A DNA stretch of 64,000 nucleotides. Origin: Puniceicoccales bacterium. Lineage in GTDB: Bacteria; Verrucomicrobiota; Verrucomicrobiia; Opitutales; LL51. A program made the position numbers and the translations under genes. Below, one piece after another: positions 40,929 to 51,142 of the stretch. Below the pieces are notes generated by a model, which worked only from the letters and a program-made list of their open reading frames with translations, searched no databases and was not told the origin of the DNA. Where the stretch lies: contig JAIRRZ010000007.1 of NCBI GenBank assembly GCA_031255715.1, positions 272 through 64,271 on the forward strand, written 5' to 3'. Every line of letters starts with the position of its first letter. Positions within the stretch are counted from its first letter, which is position 1.

Positions 40929-41014
40929 TTTTAAAATATTCTTGACAGAATGGATTTTTTAAAGAGAAAGAACTGACTAATGCAGGTATTTCATTAGGTC
41001 GGCTGCTTGGGGTT

Positions 41015-41656
41015 ATGAGAGACAATAGAATAGTATTAGGAAAGAAGGTTGGAATGACGCAGATTTTTGACGAGAGTCGGTGTCTTATTCCAATTACGGT
41101 TGTAGAGGCTGTTCCCTGTGCGGTTACACAGTTGAAAGCAGCGGATAAAGATGATGGTTATGATGCGGTTCAATTGGCCTATGGTCAGCGGAAAGCCAAA
41201 AACATTTCTAATTCGATATTGGGACATATCAAAAAGGCGAAATTGAAGTCCTGCGAAGGGTTAAAAGAATTTCGTACGGAAGATGTAAGTGGCTATAAGA
41301 TTGGTGATCCTATCGATTTTTCGATATTTCAGGTGGGAGAGTTAATTGATGTTATTGGCCGGACGAAAGGAAAGGGATTTCAAGGTGTGATGAAGCGCTA
41401 TGGATTTGGAGGTGGTCCTGCTTCACACGGTTCGATGTTCCATCGGCGTGGTGGATCCTATGGTTGCCGCCAATGGCCTGGGCATGTTTACAAAGGACGT
41501 AAGATGCCAGGGCATGATGGTTGTTGCATGCGGACTATACAGAATTTAAAAATAGTTGATTTGATTGCAGACAAAGGGTTACTATTATTGCGGGGAAGTT
41601 TTCCTGGATCAAATGGTGGGTTAGTCGTATTGCGCAAGGCCAAGAAGATCAAATAG
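41015..41656 (+). CDS. rplC: Ribosomal protein L3
   Basis: GKKVGMTQIF, GKGFQGVMKR motifs. Confidence 0.96.
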   Translation: MRDNRIVLGKKVGMTQIFDESRCLIPITVVEAVPCAVTQLKAADKDDGYDAVQLAYGQRKAKNISNSILGHIKKAKLKSCEGLKEFRTEDVSGYKIGDPIDFSIFQVGELIDVIGRTKGKGFQGVMKRYGFGGGPASHGSMFHRRGGSYGCRQWPGHVYKGRKMPGHDGCCMRTIQNLKIVDLIADKGLLLLRGSFPGSNGGLVVLRKAKKIK

Positions 41657-41668
41657 GAGAGGTGGAAG

Positions 41669-42289
41669 ATGAAATTAAAGATTTATAATCAAGCGGGTAT
41701 CTTTTTGGAGGATCGCGAGTACAATATTCCTGTTTTCGAGGAGGATCGCGGTATTGCTGCTGTGAAATTTACGATTGAGGCACTGCGGGCAAATATGCGT
41801 CAAGGAAATGCTTCGACGAAAACGCGTTCCGATGTGAGTGGTGGCGGTAAAAAGCCTTTTCGGCAAAAAGGGACTGGACGGGCTCGTCGAGGTTCAAATC
41901 GAAGTCCATTGATGCCCGGTGGCGGTATTGTTTTTGGTCCTCATCCCCGTGATTATAGTAAAAAAGTAAATAAAAAAGTAAAAAAATTAGCCTTAGCGCG
42001 GTCGCTTTACGATTGTTCCGAGGAGTTGTTGGTATCGGTGATTGATAATTTTTCGACTAAATTGCGAAAAACAAAAGAATTTTTAGCATTTATGGAAAAA
42101 ATTTTTCCAACTGGAAACGTGTTAATGATCGATGTTTGTTTTGAGGATTCGCTAATTTTGGCGGCAAGAAATATGAAGAGAATTTTTACAATTGATGCAG
42201 CTTCTGTTAATGCATTGGATCTAAAGAGTTACGACCGTTTTCTTGTCAGCGAAGCGGGTTTTGAGCAGTTATTAAATCGAGTGAGATAG
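41669..42289 (+). CDS. rplD: Ribosomal protein L4
   Basis: GGGKKPFRQKGTGRARRGS motif. Confidence 0.96.
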   Translation: MKLKIYNQAGIFLEDREYNIPVFEEDRGIAAVKFTIEALRANMRQGNASTKTRSDVSGGGKKPFRQKGTGRARRGSNRSPLMPGGGIVFGPHPRDYSKKVNKKVKKLALARSLYDCSEELLVSVIDNFSTKLRKTKEFLAFMEKIFPTGNVLMIDVCFEDSLILAARNMKRIFTIDAASVNALDLKSYDRFLVSEAGFEQLLNRVR

Positions 42290-42295
42290 ATTGTT

Positions 42296-42580
42296 ATGGA
42301 GGGCGATATTTTAAAAGGAATTTGTTATACGGAAAAATTTACGGCGTTGGGTTCGACTTGCAATCAGTATGTGTTCGATGTTGGCCTTAGGAGTACGAAA
42401 GGGAGTATTGCGGAAGCTGTACAGTCTGGATTTAATGTAAAAGTCCGGTCGGTGAATATTATTCGTCGCGATGGAAAAATGAGGAGAAATCGTATGAAAC
42501 GTGGTGCCTATGGTACGACGCCGAGGCGCAAAATTGCAATTGTTACGCTTCAAGCGGGTGATAAAATAGAAATGATTTAA
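42296..42580 (+). CDS. rplW: Ribosomal protein L23
   Basis: Family pattern and S10-operon position. Confidence 0.92.
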   Translation: MEGDILKGICYTEKFTALGSTCNQYVFDVGLRSTKGSIAEAVQSGFNVKVRSVNIIRRDGKMRRNRMKRGAYGTTPRRKIAIVTLQAGDKIEMI

Positions 42581-42593
42581 AATAGGATAACAA

Positions 42594-43442
42594 ATGGTCA
42601 TTGTTCAACATAATCCAAAGACATCGACGCAACGATTTCTGGCGCTTAATAAGCGCGAGCTATGGAAAGGAGCTCCAGAAAGTTCCTTAATTGTGAGTCA
42701 GCACCGCTGTAAGGGCAGGAATTGCTATGGACGCATTACGTCACGTCGGCGAGGTGGTGGCCATAAACGGCTCATTCGTATTATCGATTTTTTTCGCGAC
42801 AAGCTTGATGTTCCGGCGACAGTAGAGCGTATTGAGTATGATCCTAATCGTTCGGCTGATATTGCTTTATTATATTATGCCGATGGAGAGAAGCGTTATA
42901 TTTTAGCGCCTCGTGGATTAGGTGTAGGCAGTCAAGTGGTAAGTTTAAATGCGACGCCTCGGGACTTTTCCGTTGGGATGTCTTTGCCATTGGCTCTGAT
43001 ACCAGCTGGTGTTTTTGTGCATTGCATAGAGATTGAGCCGGGTCACGGGGCTGCGATTGCGCGTGGCGCGGGAATGGGGGCGCAAATTATAGCGTTCGAC
43101 AATGGCTATGTGACGATAAAGATGCCGAGCGGTGAGGTGCGTTTACTGAATCCAAAGTGTCGTGCTACCATAGGGCAGGTCGGGAATGGTGATCACGGTA
43201 AGCAATCGTTAGGAAAAGCAGGACGCAACCGTTGGCTAGGGCGGCGTCCGCGTGTACGCGGTGTGGTTATGAATCCTGTGGATCATCCCATGGGTGGTGG
43301 CGAAGGTCGGACTTCTGGAGGTGGCCATCCGGTTTCTCCGTGGGGACAGCTCGCGAAGGGCTATCCGACGCGCAAGCGTTCCCAGAAGTCGAATCGCATG
43401 ATTTTAGTGAGAAGAAACGGCAGAAAGGTAAAGAAAGGGTAA
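42594..43442 (+). CDS. rplB: Ribosomal protein L2
   Basis: [20 protein letters not shown] motifs. Confidence 0.97.
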   Translation: MVIVQHNPKTSTQRFLALNKRELWKGAPESSLIVSQHRCKGRNCYGRITSRRRGGGHKRLIRIIDFFRDKLDVPATVERIEYDPNRSADIALLYYADGEKRYILAPRGLGVGSQVVSLNATPRDFSVGMSLPLALIPAGVFVHCIEIEPGHGAAIARGAGMGAQIIAFDNGYVTIKMPSGEVRLLNPKCRATIGQVGNGDHGKQSLGKAGRNRWLGRRPRVRGVVMNPVDHPMGGGEGRTSGGGHPVSPWGQLAKGYPTRKRSQKSNRMILVRRNGRKVKKG

Positions 43443-43446
43443 GTGT

Positions 43447-43716
43447 ATGGCGCGTTCCGCTAAGAAAGGTTTTTTTGTAGATCCCCATTTAATGGATAAG
43501 GTTGATGTGGCGCAGGCTATGGATAGTCGCAAACCGATTAAAACGTGGTCGCGTCGTTCAACGATTACACCGGATTTTGTCGGATTAAATTTTCAGGTTC
43601 ACAATGGAAAATCATTTATTGACGTTTACATAACTGAAAATATGGTTGGACACAAGTTGGGAGAGTTTTCTCCGACTCGTACGTTTAAGAGTCATAACCC
43701 TCATACGCAAAAGTAA
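43447..43716 (+). CDS. rpsS: Ribosomal protein S19
   Basis: [24 protein letters not shown] motif. Confidence 0.97.
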   Translation: MARSAKKGFFVDPHLMDKVDVAQAMDSRKPIKTWSRRSTITPDFVGLNFQVHNGKSFIDVYITENMVGHKLGEFSPTRTFKSHNPHTQK

Positions 43717-43717
43717 A

Positions 43718-44053
43718 ATGGAAGTTAGAGCTTTATCAAAATACGTTCACATGTCCGATAAAAAAGTTCGCGATATTACGCGTGTTATTGCGGGTAAAAA
43801 TGCAAATGAAGCGGTTCAGCTTCTGAAATTTATACCGCGGAAGTCGGCGCGTTTTGTTGAAAAAACTTTATCGAGTGCGATTGCGAATGCAGTTTGTCGA
43901 GGAGTGCGTTCCGAGGTTTTGACGGTAAAGGAGGCGGTAGCGGAGCAGGGCATAGCATTTAAGCGTTTTGTTCCGGCATCGCGTGGGTCAGCTCATCCGA
44001 TAAAAAAGCGTACGAGTCATATAAAAATAGTATTAACTGATTATTTAGGATAA
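43718..44053 (+). CDS. rplV: Ribosomal protein L22
   Basis: 111 aa from ATG at 43718, directly after the rpsS stop; family pattern. Confidence 0.93.
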   Translation: MEVRALSKYVHMSDKKVRDITRVIAGKNANEAVQLLKFIPRKSARFVEKTLSSAIANAVCRGVRSEVLTVKEAVAEQGIAFKRFVPASRGSAHPIKKRTSHIKIVLTDYLG

Positions 44054-44056
44054 ATT

Positions 44057-44689
44057 ATGGGACAGAAAGTAAATCCTATAGGGCTACGTTTGGGGATTCG
44101 TCGGAATTGGAGTTCCCGTTGGTATGCAACGAAAAAGAATTATCCATTATTTTTGAAAGAGGACTATGAAATGCGTTCTTTTCTGAGGAAAAGATTATCT
44201 TTTGCATCTTTTTCTGAAATTTTCATTGAGCGAGCTGGAGGGCGTGTACGCATTAAAATTTTTACACCCCGTCCGGGAGTTATTATTGGTCGCAAGGGGC
44301 AAGAACTTGAAATTTTGTGTGGTGATTTAAAGCGATTAATTGGCCGAGAAGTTTTGGTGGACATTCAGGAGATTCGTAAGCCGGATTTGGTAGCACAATT
44401 GATTTCGGAGAATATTTCCGTACAATTAGAGCGTCGAATTTCTTTTCGCCGCGCGATGAAAAAGGCGATCCAATCGGCGATGAGTTTAGGAGCAGATGGT
44501 ATAAAAGTTCAGTGTGCGGGGCGTTTAGGTGGAACGGAAATTGCTCGTTCGGAATCGCAGCGTGCTGGCCGTGTTCCTTTGCACACTTTGAAAGAGAATA
44601 TTGACTATGGATTTTCCGAAGCTAGTACGGTTTACGGAAAAATTGGTGTGAAATGTTGGGTTTGTCGTCAGGACAACGTTAAGGTTTAG
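44057..44689 (+). CDS. rpsC: Ribosomal protein S3
   Basis: MGQKVNPIGLRLG start, KH domain. Confidence 0.97.
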   Translation: MGQKVNPIGLRLGIRRNWSSRWYATKKNYPLFLKEDYEMRSFLRKRLSFASFSEIFIERAGGRVRIKIFTPRPGVIIGRKGQELEILCGDLKRLIGREVLVDIQEIRKPDLVAQLISENISVQLERRISFRRAMKKAIQSAMSLGADGIKVQCAGRLGGTEIARSESQRAGRVPLHTLKENIDYGFSEASTVYGKIGVKCWVCRQDNVKV

Positions 44690-44704
44690 GGAAAGAATGA
44701 GACT

Positions 44705-45133
44705 ATGAGTAAGTTATCTCCGGCGCGAACGAAATACAGAAAGGTTCAAAAAGGGCGTAATCGCGGCAATGCGAAGGGAGGCGATTTTTTGGCATTTGGT
44801 GATTGTGGAATTCAGTCTTTGGATCGCGGCAGTATGTCTGCGTCGCAAATTGAGGCTGCTCGTGTAGCGATTTCGCGTCATTTAAAAAGAAAAGGTAAGC
44901 TATGGGTTCGTATTTTTCCGCATATACCGGTAACGAAAAAGCCCGCAGAAACGCGTATGGGAAAAGGAAAAGGTGCCGTTGAATATTGGGCGGCGGCGAT
45001 AAAGCCGGGTACTATTCTTTTCGAATTGGCAGGTGTGTCTTTAACTTTGGCTCGCGAAGCTTTCCGTTTGGCAGACTTCAAGTTGCCGTTTCGTTGTCGT
45101 TTTGTTAGTCGTGAAGAGTTGGAGCAGTATTAG
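44705..45133 (+). CDS. rplP: Ribosomal protein L16
   Basis: TKYRKVQKGR, RMGKGKG motifs. Confidence 0.97.
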   Translation: MSKLSPARTKYRKVQKGRNRGNAKGGDFLAFGDCGIQSLDRGSMSASQIEAARVAISRHLKRKGKLWVRIFPHIPVTKKPAETRMGKGKGAVEYWAAAIKPGTILFELAGVSLTLAREAFRLADFKLPFRCRFVSREELEQY

Positions 45134-45134
45134 T

Positions 45135-45332
45135 ATGGAAAATTTTAAAGAAAAATTGCCGCAGGAGTTGGTACATGGGTTGAAAGAGGCGGAGCAGTCG
45201 CTTTTCAATTTGCGCATGCGAAAATGTTCTTCGCGTCTCGATAAACCACACATGATTGCTGTATTGAGGAAACAGATCGCAAAAATTAAAACTTTTTTGC
45301 GACAAAAAACTTGCAAAAATTGTAATAAGTAA
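45135..45332 (+). CDS. rpmC: Ribosomal protein L29
   Basis: 65 aa from ATG at 45135; LFNLRMRK motif; position. Confidence 0.88.
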   Translation: MENFKEKLPQELVHGLKEAEQSLFNLRMRKCSSRLDKPHMIAVLRKQIAKIKTFLRQKTCKNCNK

Positions 45333-45345
45333 AAGTGTACTAGCC

Positions 45346-45612
45346 ATGAAGCAGCGAAGTTTTAGGAAAAGTTTACAGGGTGTTGTAGTTGGGCGTTCGG
45401 GCGATAAAAGTCTGAAGGTGGTTTATGTTTATAAAGTACCTCATGCACTTTATCGCAAGGAGATCAGGCGAAGAACGGTTTTGCATGTGCACGATGAAAA
45501 AAATGAATGTTGTGTAGGAGACAAAGTTGAGATTATGGAAACGCGGCCACTGAGTAATTTGAAGCGTTGGCGTGTAGTACGCATTGTGGAGCGGATGCCT
45601 GTTTCGGAGTAG
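45346..45612 (+). CDS. rpsQ: Ribosomal protein S17
   Basis: [16 protein letters not shown]...[13 protein letters not shown] pattern. Confidence 0.94.
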   Translation: MKQRSFRKSLQGVVVGRSGDKSLKVVYVYKVPHALYRKEIRRRTVLHVHDEKNECCVGDKVEIMETRPLSNLKRWRVVRIVERMPVSE

Positions 45613-45620
45613 GAGTTTTT

Positions 45621-45986
45621 ATGTTGCAGCAGCAGAGTATATTAGATGTCGCGGACAATACGGGTGCCAAAAAGGCGATGATGATTCGTCGTCTCGGGCA
45701 GAATACGCGTACGGCTGGAGTGGGGGACATCATCGTAGTTGCGATTAAGCACAGTATTCCCGAGGCGGTGGTAAAAAAGGGAAGTGTAGCTCGGGCAGTA
45801 ATTGTTCGAACGACGGCGCCGATTGCGCGGGAAGACGGAAGTTATCTACGTTTCGATCGTAATGCTTGTGTGATTATTGATGACAAAAAAAATCCGAAAG
45901 GTAGTCGTATTTTTGGTCCCGTTGCTCGGGAATTGCGACAGAAAAATTTTATGAAAATTATTTCCTTAGCGCCGGAGGTTTTATGA
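45621..45986 (+). CDS. rplN: Ribosomal protein L14
   Basis: [18 protein letters not shown] start at ATG 45621. Confidence 0.96.
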   Translation: MLQQQSILDVADNTGAKKAMMIRRLGQNTRTAGVGDIIVVAIKHSIPEAVVKKGSVARAVIVRTTAPIAREDGSYLRFDRNACVIIDDKKNPKGSRIFGPVARELRQKNFMKIISLAPEVL

Positions 45987-46228
45987 AATATAAGATCAAG
46001 AAGAATGATGAAGTGGTTGTTATTTCCGGTTCACACCGAGGGAATCGTGGGAAAGTTTTAGAGGTTTTACGCGATTCGTGCCGAGTTATTGTTGAAGGGG
46101 TAGGTTTGCGAAAAAGATATCTAAAAAAAAGTCAAAACCATCCTGAAGGTGGAGAGATTGAATGTGAAAGTAGTATTCATTACTCCAATGTTATGAAGGT
46201 TGTTGATTTTGAGAGGAGAAGGAATTAA
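45983..46228 (+). CDS. rplX: Ribosomal protein L24
   Basis: [25 protein letters not shown] motif; ATGA overlap. Confidence 0.93.
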   Translation: MKYKIKKNDEVVVISGSHRGNRGKVLEVLRDSCRVIVEGVGLRKRYLKKSQNHPEGGEIECESSIHYSNVMKVVDFERRRN

Positions 46229-46272
46229 TAAATTTTAGGTTTTTTGGGAGTTACCGTGGGTTTCGATCTCAA

Positions 46273-46833
46273 ATGAAAGCAAAAATGAAAAAATCAGTTT
46301 TAAGAGAATATTATTCGTTAGCGGTATTGCCGGAGTTGGCGAAGCTTCACGGGTATGGGAATAGGCATTTAATTCCGTATTTGGAAAAAATTGTTGTCAA
46401 TTCGGCCATTGGGGCAGACTGGGATAAGAATTTTATTGCCGAGGTTGAACGGGATATTGGCGCGATTTGTTGCCAAAAACCGATCATTGTTAAGGCGAAA
46501 AAAAGTATTTCGAATTTTAAGTTACGTAAAGGAATGCCGAACGGGATTAAGGTGACATTAAGAGGGAATAGTATGTATAATTTTTTTTATAAATTAGTTT
46601 CGATTGCATTGCCGGCTGTCCGTGATTTTCGTGGTGTTTCGAATAAATTTGATGGTCGAGGCAATTACACGTTGGGTATAGTCGATCACACTATTTTTCC
46701 AGAGGTATCCATTGGTAAGGAACGAAGAATCATTGGGATGGATATTACATTTGTCACGTCGGCGAATACGGATGAAGAGGGACGTGATTTATTGCGACTG
46801 TTAGGGGTTCCGTTTAGAAAGAAGAGTACTTAA
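46273..46833 (+). CDS. rplE: Ribosomal protein L5
   Basis: Family pattern ([22 protein letters not shown]); exact start uncertain (46273 or 46285). Confidence 0.94.
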   Translation: MKAKMKKSVLREYYSLAVLPELAKLHGYGNRHLIPYLEKIVVNSAIGADWDKNFIAEVERDIGAICCQKPIIVKAKKSISNFKLRKGMPNGIKVTLRGNSMYNFFYKLVSIALPAVRDFRGVSNKFDGRGNYTLGIVDHTIFPEVSIGKERRIIGMDITFVTSANTDEEGRDLLRLLGVPFRKKST

Positions 46834-46844
46834 TTTGGTGTATT

Positions 46845-47150
46845 ATGGCGAAAATTTCCGTAGTTAAGAGAAACGAAAAAAGACGTGCGCTTGTCGCGAA
46901 GTTTGCGGCTCGACGTGATACTTTGAAAAAGATTTTGAAAAATCCCAAAACAACAGATGCGGATTTCTTTGAGGCAAGTCGTAAGTTAGCTAAGTTACCT
47001 CGCGATTCATCTCCGGTGCGCGTGCGTAATCGTTGTGCTATTACGGGTAGAGGGCGTGCCTACTATCGCAAGTTTGGAGTTTCGAGGATTCAACTTCGCG
47101 AATTAGTTTCTTTTGGTAAAATTCCCGGTGTAACAAAGGCTTCGTGGTAA
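46845..47150 (+). CDS. rpsN: Ribosomal protein S14, long (C-minus) form
   Basis: 101 aa, [27 protein letters not shown]...KASW. Confidence 0.95.
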   Translation: MAKISVVKRNEKRRALVAKFAARRDTLKKILKNPKTTDADFFEASRKLAKLPRDSSPVRVRNRCAITGRGRAYYRKFGVSRIQLRELVSFGKIPGVTKASW

Positions 47151-47154
47151 AATA

Positions 47155-47544
47155 ATGGATACGATTGGAGATTTTTTGACAGTTATTCGCAATGCAAGTA
47201 CGGCGAAAAAGCAAAATTGTTCGGTATGTGCTTCGAATATTAGAGTTGATTTGGCAGGTGTTTTAAAGAAAAACGGTTTTATTCGGGGTTATTCTGTTAG
47301 TGAAATCCGTCCGGGGGTGAAGGAAATTTCTTTACAATTGAAATACGTTCGTGGTGTACCAGCGATCACCGGTGTGGTTCGCTGCAGTCGTCCCGGCTGC
47401 CGTCTGTATTGTAGTTGCGATGAGATTCCGAATGTGTATAATAATTTGGGAATATGTATTTTGACGACGTCGAAGGGGATTTTGTCAGGCAGTGATGCGA
47501 AACATAATCATGTGGGTGGTGAATTGTTGTGTAAAGTTTGGTAG
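47155..47544 (+). CDS. rpsH: Ribosomal protein S8
   Basis: DTIGDFLTVIRNA start and GGELLCKVW end. Confidence 0.96.
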   Translation: MDTIGDFLTVIRNASTAKKQNCSVCASNIRVDLAGVLKKNGFIRGYSVSEIRPGVKEISLQLKYVRGVPAITGVVRCSRPGCRLYCSCDEIPNVYNNLGICILTTSKGILSGSDAKHNHVGGELLCKVW

Positions 47545-47553
47545 GAGAAAATT

Positions 47554-48093
47554 ATGAGTAGAATAGGAAAGTTACCCATAACCATTCCCGGTACGGTCAA
47601 GGTTACGATGGCGGATGGAAGCGTTTCCGTGAGCGGTGCGGCGGGGACAGTGTCGCAATCCTTCAGCGATGCGGTTGAAATCAAATTTGACGGGAGTATT
47701 ATCGAAGTTTTTCCGAAGGATGATTCCCGCCATGCTGCTGCAATGCACGGCACAGTTCGTGCTATTATTAACAATATGGTAAATGGAGTGCAGAAGCCAT
47801 ATGTGAAAAATTTGGAAATTCAGGGTGTTGGATTTAAAGCTATTTTAAAGGGAGATGTTTTAGATTTAGCGTTAGGATATTCGCATCCCGTGCTCTATCC
47901 TGTTCCTGAGAATATTAAAGTGGCGGTGAAGGATGGTACGGCAATTCGTATTGAAGGTGCAGATAAATTTTTAGTCGGAAAAGTGGCGGCGGATATCAAG
48001 CGATTTTATCCGGTAGAGCCCTATAAAGGCAAGGGGGTGCGTATCATAGGCGAGCGTGTGCGGCGAAAGGAAGGCAAAAAATCCGCAAAATAG
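47554..48093 (+). CDS. rplF: Ribosomal protein L6
   Basis: MSRIGKLPITIP start. Confidence 0.96.
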   Translation: MSRIGKLPITIPGTVKVTMADGSVSVSGAAGTVSQSFSDAVEIKFDGSIIEVFPKDDSRHAAAMHGTVRAIINNMVNGVQKPYVKNLEIQGVGFKAILKGDVLDLALGYSHPVLYPVPENIKVAVKDGTAIRIEGADKFLVGKVAADIKRFYPVEPYKGKGVRIIGERVRRKEGKKSAK

Positions 48094-48102
48094 GAAGGTA
48101 TT

Positions 48103-48462
48103 ATGAATTTTGATGACAAAAAAATTGTAAAACAAAGACGGCGCCAGCGAATTCGTAAAAACGTAATCGGAACCATTGTCCGCCCTCGTTTATCTTTGCA
48201 TTTCAGTGGGAAGCATATCTACGCGCAGTGCATTGACGATGATCATGGTAAAACGTTGGTTTATCGATCGACGGCTGCGGAAAATGAGATACAAAAAGCG
48301 AAGGCCAATACAGAGGGTGCCGTTGTTTTTGGTAGAATTTTTGGTGAAGCAGCGTTGAAGGCAGGAATTGTTGATGTCGTTTTTGATCGAGGAACGAAGC
48401 GCTATCACGGCAAAGTGAAAGCTTTTGCCGATTCGGTACGAAGTGTTGGTCTAAGGTTTTAG
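48103..48462 (+). CDS. rplR: Ribosomal protein L18
   Basis: RPRLSLHFSGKHIYAQ, VFDRG..YHGKVKAFADS pattern. Confidence 0.95.
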   Translation: MNFDDKKIVKQRRRQRIRKNVIGTIVRPRLSLHFSGKHIYAQCIDDDHGKTLVYRSTAAENEIQKAKANTEGAVVFGRIFGEAALKAGIVDVVFDRGTKRYHGKVKAFADSVRSVGLRF

Positions 48463-48467
48463 TTTCT

Positions 48468-49022
48468 ATGAATAATGTTAGTTTAGAAGTTAATAGACAG
48501 TCACGGACAACGAAGCAGTCCGATCGACAAAACGAAGCCAACCGTTTGATGGACAAGGTTGTTTTCATTAATCGTTGTGCCAAAGTGGTGAAAGGTGGGC
48601 GCCGTTTTAGTTTTTCAGCTTTGGTTGTCGTAGGGGATGGTGCAGGGCGTGTTGGGATTGGCTTAGGTAAAGCAAAAGAAACGCCTGATGCAGTAAAAAA
48701 GGCGGTTGAACAGGCGAAAAAAAGTTTGCAACGCTATCCGATTACGGGCCATACAATTCCTCACGATGTAGTTGGTGCTTCCGATGGTGGACTGGTGATA
48801 TTACGGCCTGCAGCTCCGGGAACGGGTATAGTGGCAGGAGGTGGCGTGCGTCTAGTACTTGAGGTGCTGGGTGTGAGCGATGTGTTATCGAAATCAATGG
48901 GATCGAGTAATCCTTTTGCGATGGTATATGCAACTTTGGATGCATTGAGTAAGTTACGTTCGTATTCGGAAGTAATGGCGCTACGGCGAGGAGAAGCTGA
49001 CACGGAGGAGAGTTTACAGTGA
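48468..49022 (+). CDS. rpsE: Ribosomal protein S5
   Basis: VVKGGRRFSFSALVVVGDGAGRVGIGLGKAKE motif. Confidence 0.96.
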   Translation: MNNVSLEVNRQSRTTKQSDRQNEANRLMDKVVFINRCAKVVKGGRRFSFSALVVVGDGAGRVGIGLGKAKETPDAVKKAVEQAKKSLQRYPITGHTIPHDVVGASDGGLVILRPAAPGTGIVAGGGVRLVLEVLGVSDVLSKSMGSSNPFAMVYATLDALSKLRSYSEVMALRRGEADTEESLQ

Positions 49023-49162
49023 AATTATATACAAAGTTTTCAGTGAAACGGTATATGTTGAGTGCTTGCGGTATTGGGTATGAGCGGTGTGCTGTTGAAA
49101 TCAACGGAATTCGAATGTCCGGTAAACTTATATCCGGAAGCGGTAATGTTATGACGAAATGA
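49019..49162 (+). CDS. 47-codon ORF in the slot normally occupied by rpmD (L30); weak L30 resemblance, possibly a remnant
   Basis: GTG at 49019 overlaps the rpsE TGA (GTGA). Translation is VKLYTKFSVKRYMLSACGIGYERCAVEINGIRMSGKLISGSGNVMTK, with only loose similarity to the L30 LGL...VE....IRGMI pattern. Confidence 0.2.
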   Translation: MKLYTKFSVKRYMLSACGIGYERCAVEINGIRMSGKLISGSGNVMTK

Positions 49163-49186
49163 AGCGGGTACAAAAAGAAATTTACG

Positions 49187-49636
49187 ATGAAATTACATAA
49201 TTTAATTCGAGTGGGTACGAATCGCCCAGCTAGGCGGCGTGGTCGTGGTCAGGGCAGTGGCCTAGGTGGAACGGCGGGGCGTGGCCATAAGGGAGGCAAA
49301 GCGCGTTCGGGGTACAGTCCAGCACCGTGTTGCTGTGGTATTCCTTACTACCGTCGTTTACCGATGCGGGGTTTTAGTAATAGTATTTCTAGAATTCGTT
49401 TCATGGGTATTAATCTCGATACGTTAGAAGAGTTAGCTGTAAGCCACAGTACGATCGATCGAAATGTATTGGCAGAGGCGAATATAATTAGGGAGCGTGA
49501 TGGATTGGTGAAAATTTTAGGGAATGGAAAATTAACAAAATCGGTTACGGTTGTTGCGGATAAATTTTCAAAGGCAGCGAAACAGAAAATTGAAATGGCT
49601 GGTGGTTCTGTCGTTGAATTGGCTTCGAATGGGTGA
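49187..49636 (+). CDS. rplO: Ribosomal protein L15
   Basis: RRRGRGQGSGLGGTAGRGHKG, RRLPMRGF motifs. Confidence 0.95.
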   Translation: MKLHNLIRVGTNRPARRRGRGQGSGLGGTAGRGHKGGKARSGYSPAPCCCGIPYYRRLPMRGFSNSISRIRFMGINLDTLEELAVSHSTIDRNVLAEANIIRERDGLVKILGNGKLTKSVTVVADKFSKAAKQKIEMAGGSVVELASNG

Positions 49637-49642
49637 GATTAC

Positions 49643-51136
49643 ATGTTTTCAGCATTTTTAAATTGTTTAAAGATACAGGAATTGCGTAATAAGATTGTTT
49701 TTACGTTTTCTATGTTGTTTATTGCACGCATAGGGGCGAGCATTCCTTTACCCGGTCTTGATCCTAAACCTTTACATGATTTTTTCATGACGCAGCGAGG
49801 ATCGGGGAGTAGCCTTGTCGGAATGTACAACATGTTCACCGGCGGAGCGTTTTTGAAGGGCGCAATTTTTGGTCTAGGAGTGATGCCCTATATCAGTGCG
49901 TCAATTATTTTACAATTATTAGCAGCGGTTGCGCCGAGCATTGCACGCATTCAACGGGAGCAAAATGGTCGGCAGCGAATTGCACAATATACACGTTATT
50001 TGACATTGGTGATTTGTTTGATTCAGGGAATATTATTAGTCTTAGCACTTTCGAATTATCCAGAGAAAATATTTCCCGGATTTGATCGCTCCGTATATGG
50101 TGATATAGTGGTGATGGGGCGCGGTTGGTTTTTACTTAATTCGACGATTATTTTAACGGCTGGTACGATGATTTTGACGTGGTTTGGTGATCGTATTACG
50201 CAATTGGGCGTTGGAAATGGCGTATCGCTTTTGATTACGGCGGGTATTTTATCATCATTGCCAGGGGCAGTGATGCAGGTTGTCGAGATGTTTACACGAC
50301 CGATTGGAGCTGAATCGGCAACAATGGGTGTGCCCCATTTATTGCTGATGTTAGTGCTATTAGTGATTGTGATTTATAGCATGGTGGCGGTGACGCAGGC
50401 GACGCGAAAAATTCCAGTACAATATGCACGCCGTGTCGTTGGCCGTAAAATGATGGGTGGACAAAATTCTTTTTTACCATTAAAAGTTAACTATGCGGGA
50501 GTGATGCCGGTTATTTTTGCGAGTACGCTGATTATGTTTCCACAGCAGATTTTTACTTACATTGCGGGAGCATGGAATGTGCCGTTTTGTGCGCGTATTG
50601 CAAATGCATTGATGCACGGATCGACAATGTTTTATGTTATTTACGGCGTATTGATTTTGTGTTTTAGTTATTTTTGGGTTTCGATCATGTTCAAGCCCAT
50701 GCAAATTGCGGAAGATTTGAAGAAAAATGGCGGTTATATTCCTGGTGTGCGTCCTGGAAATGATACGGCAGATTTTCTCGACTTTTCGATGACGCGGTTG
50801 ACCCTAGCGGGGGCGATTTTTTTGACAATAGTAGCTTTGTTACCAGATTTGATTTCGATTCATTTTGGTATACCTTATACGATTTCGATGTTTTTCGGCG
50901 GAACGGGAACACTTATTACGGTGGGTGTGATCTTAGACACGATGCGACAGATGGAAGTGCAGCTATTGGAGCGCAATTACGATGGATTCTTACAAAAAGG
51001 AAAGGTTCGTACACGTGGGACTAAGAATAAATTTAGTTTTGCTGAATTGGTAGAATCTTGCAAAAAGATAAAAATAGTACTTTTAATTTTAGGGTGTCTT
51101 TTGATTATTGGTTTTATAAGTTTGTTGTTGAAATAG
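49643..51136 (+). CDS. secY: Preprotein translocase SecY with about 45-aa C-terminal extension containing an extra hydrophobic helix
   Basis: 497 aa with SecY features throughout. After the usual end (...ERNYDGFLQKGKVR) comes ...KKIKIVLLILGCLLIIGFISLLLK. Confidence 0.95.
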   Translation: MFSAFLNCLKIQELRNKIVFTFSMLFIARIGASIPLPGLDPKPLHDFFMTQRGSGSSLVGMYNMFTGGAFLKGAIFGLGVMPYISASIILQLLAAVAPSIARIQREQNGRQRIAQYTRYLTLVICLIQGILLVLALSNYPEKIFPGFDRSVYGDIVVMGRGWFLLNSTIILTAGTMILTWFGDRITQLGVGNGVSLLITAGILSSLPGAVMQVVEMFTRPIGAESATMGVPHLLLMLVLLVIVIYSMVAVTQATRKIPVQYARRVVGRKMMGGQNSFLPLKVNYAGVMPVIFASTLIMFPQQIFTYIAGAWNVPFCARIANALMHGSTMFYVIYGVLILCFSYFWVSIMFKPMQIAEDLKKNGGYIPGVRPGNDTADFLDFSMTRLTLAGAIFLTIVALLPDLISIHFGIPYTISMFFGGTGTLITVGVILDTMRQMEVQLLERNYDGFLQKGKVRTRGTKNKFSFAELVESCKKIKIVLLILGCLLIIGFISLLLK

Positions 51137-51142
51137 CTGTCT

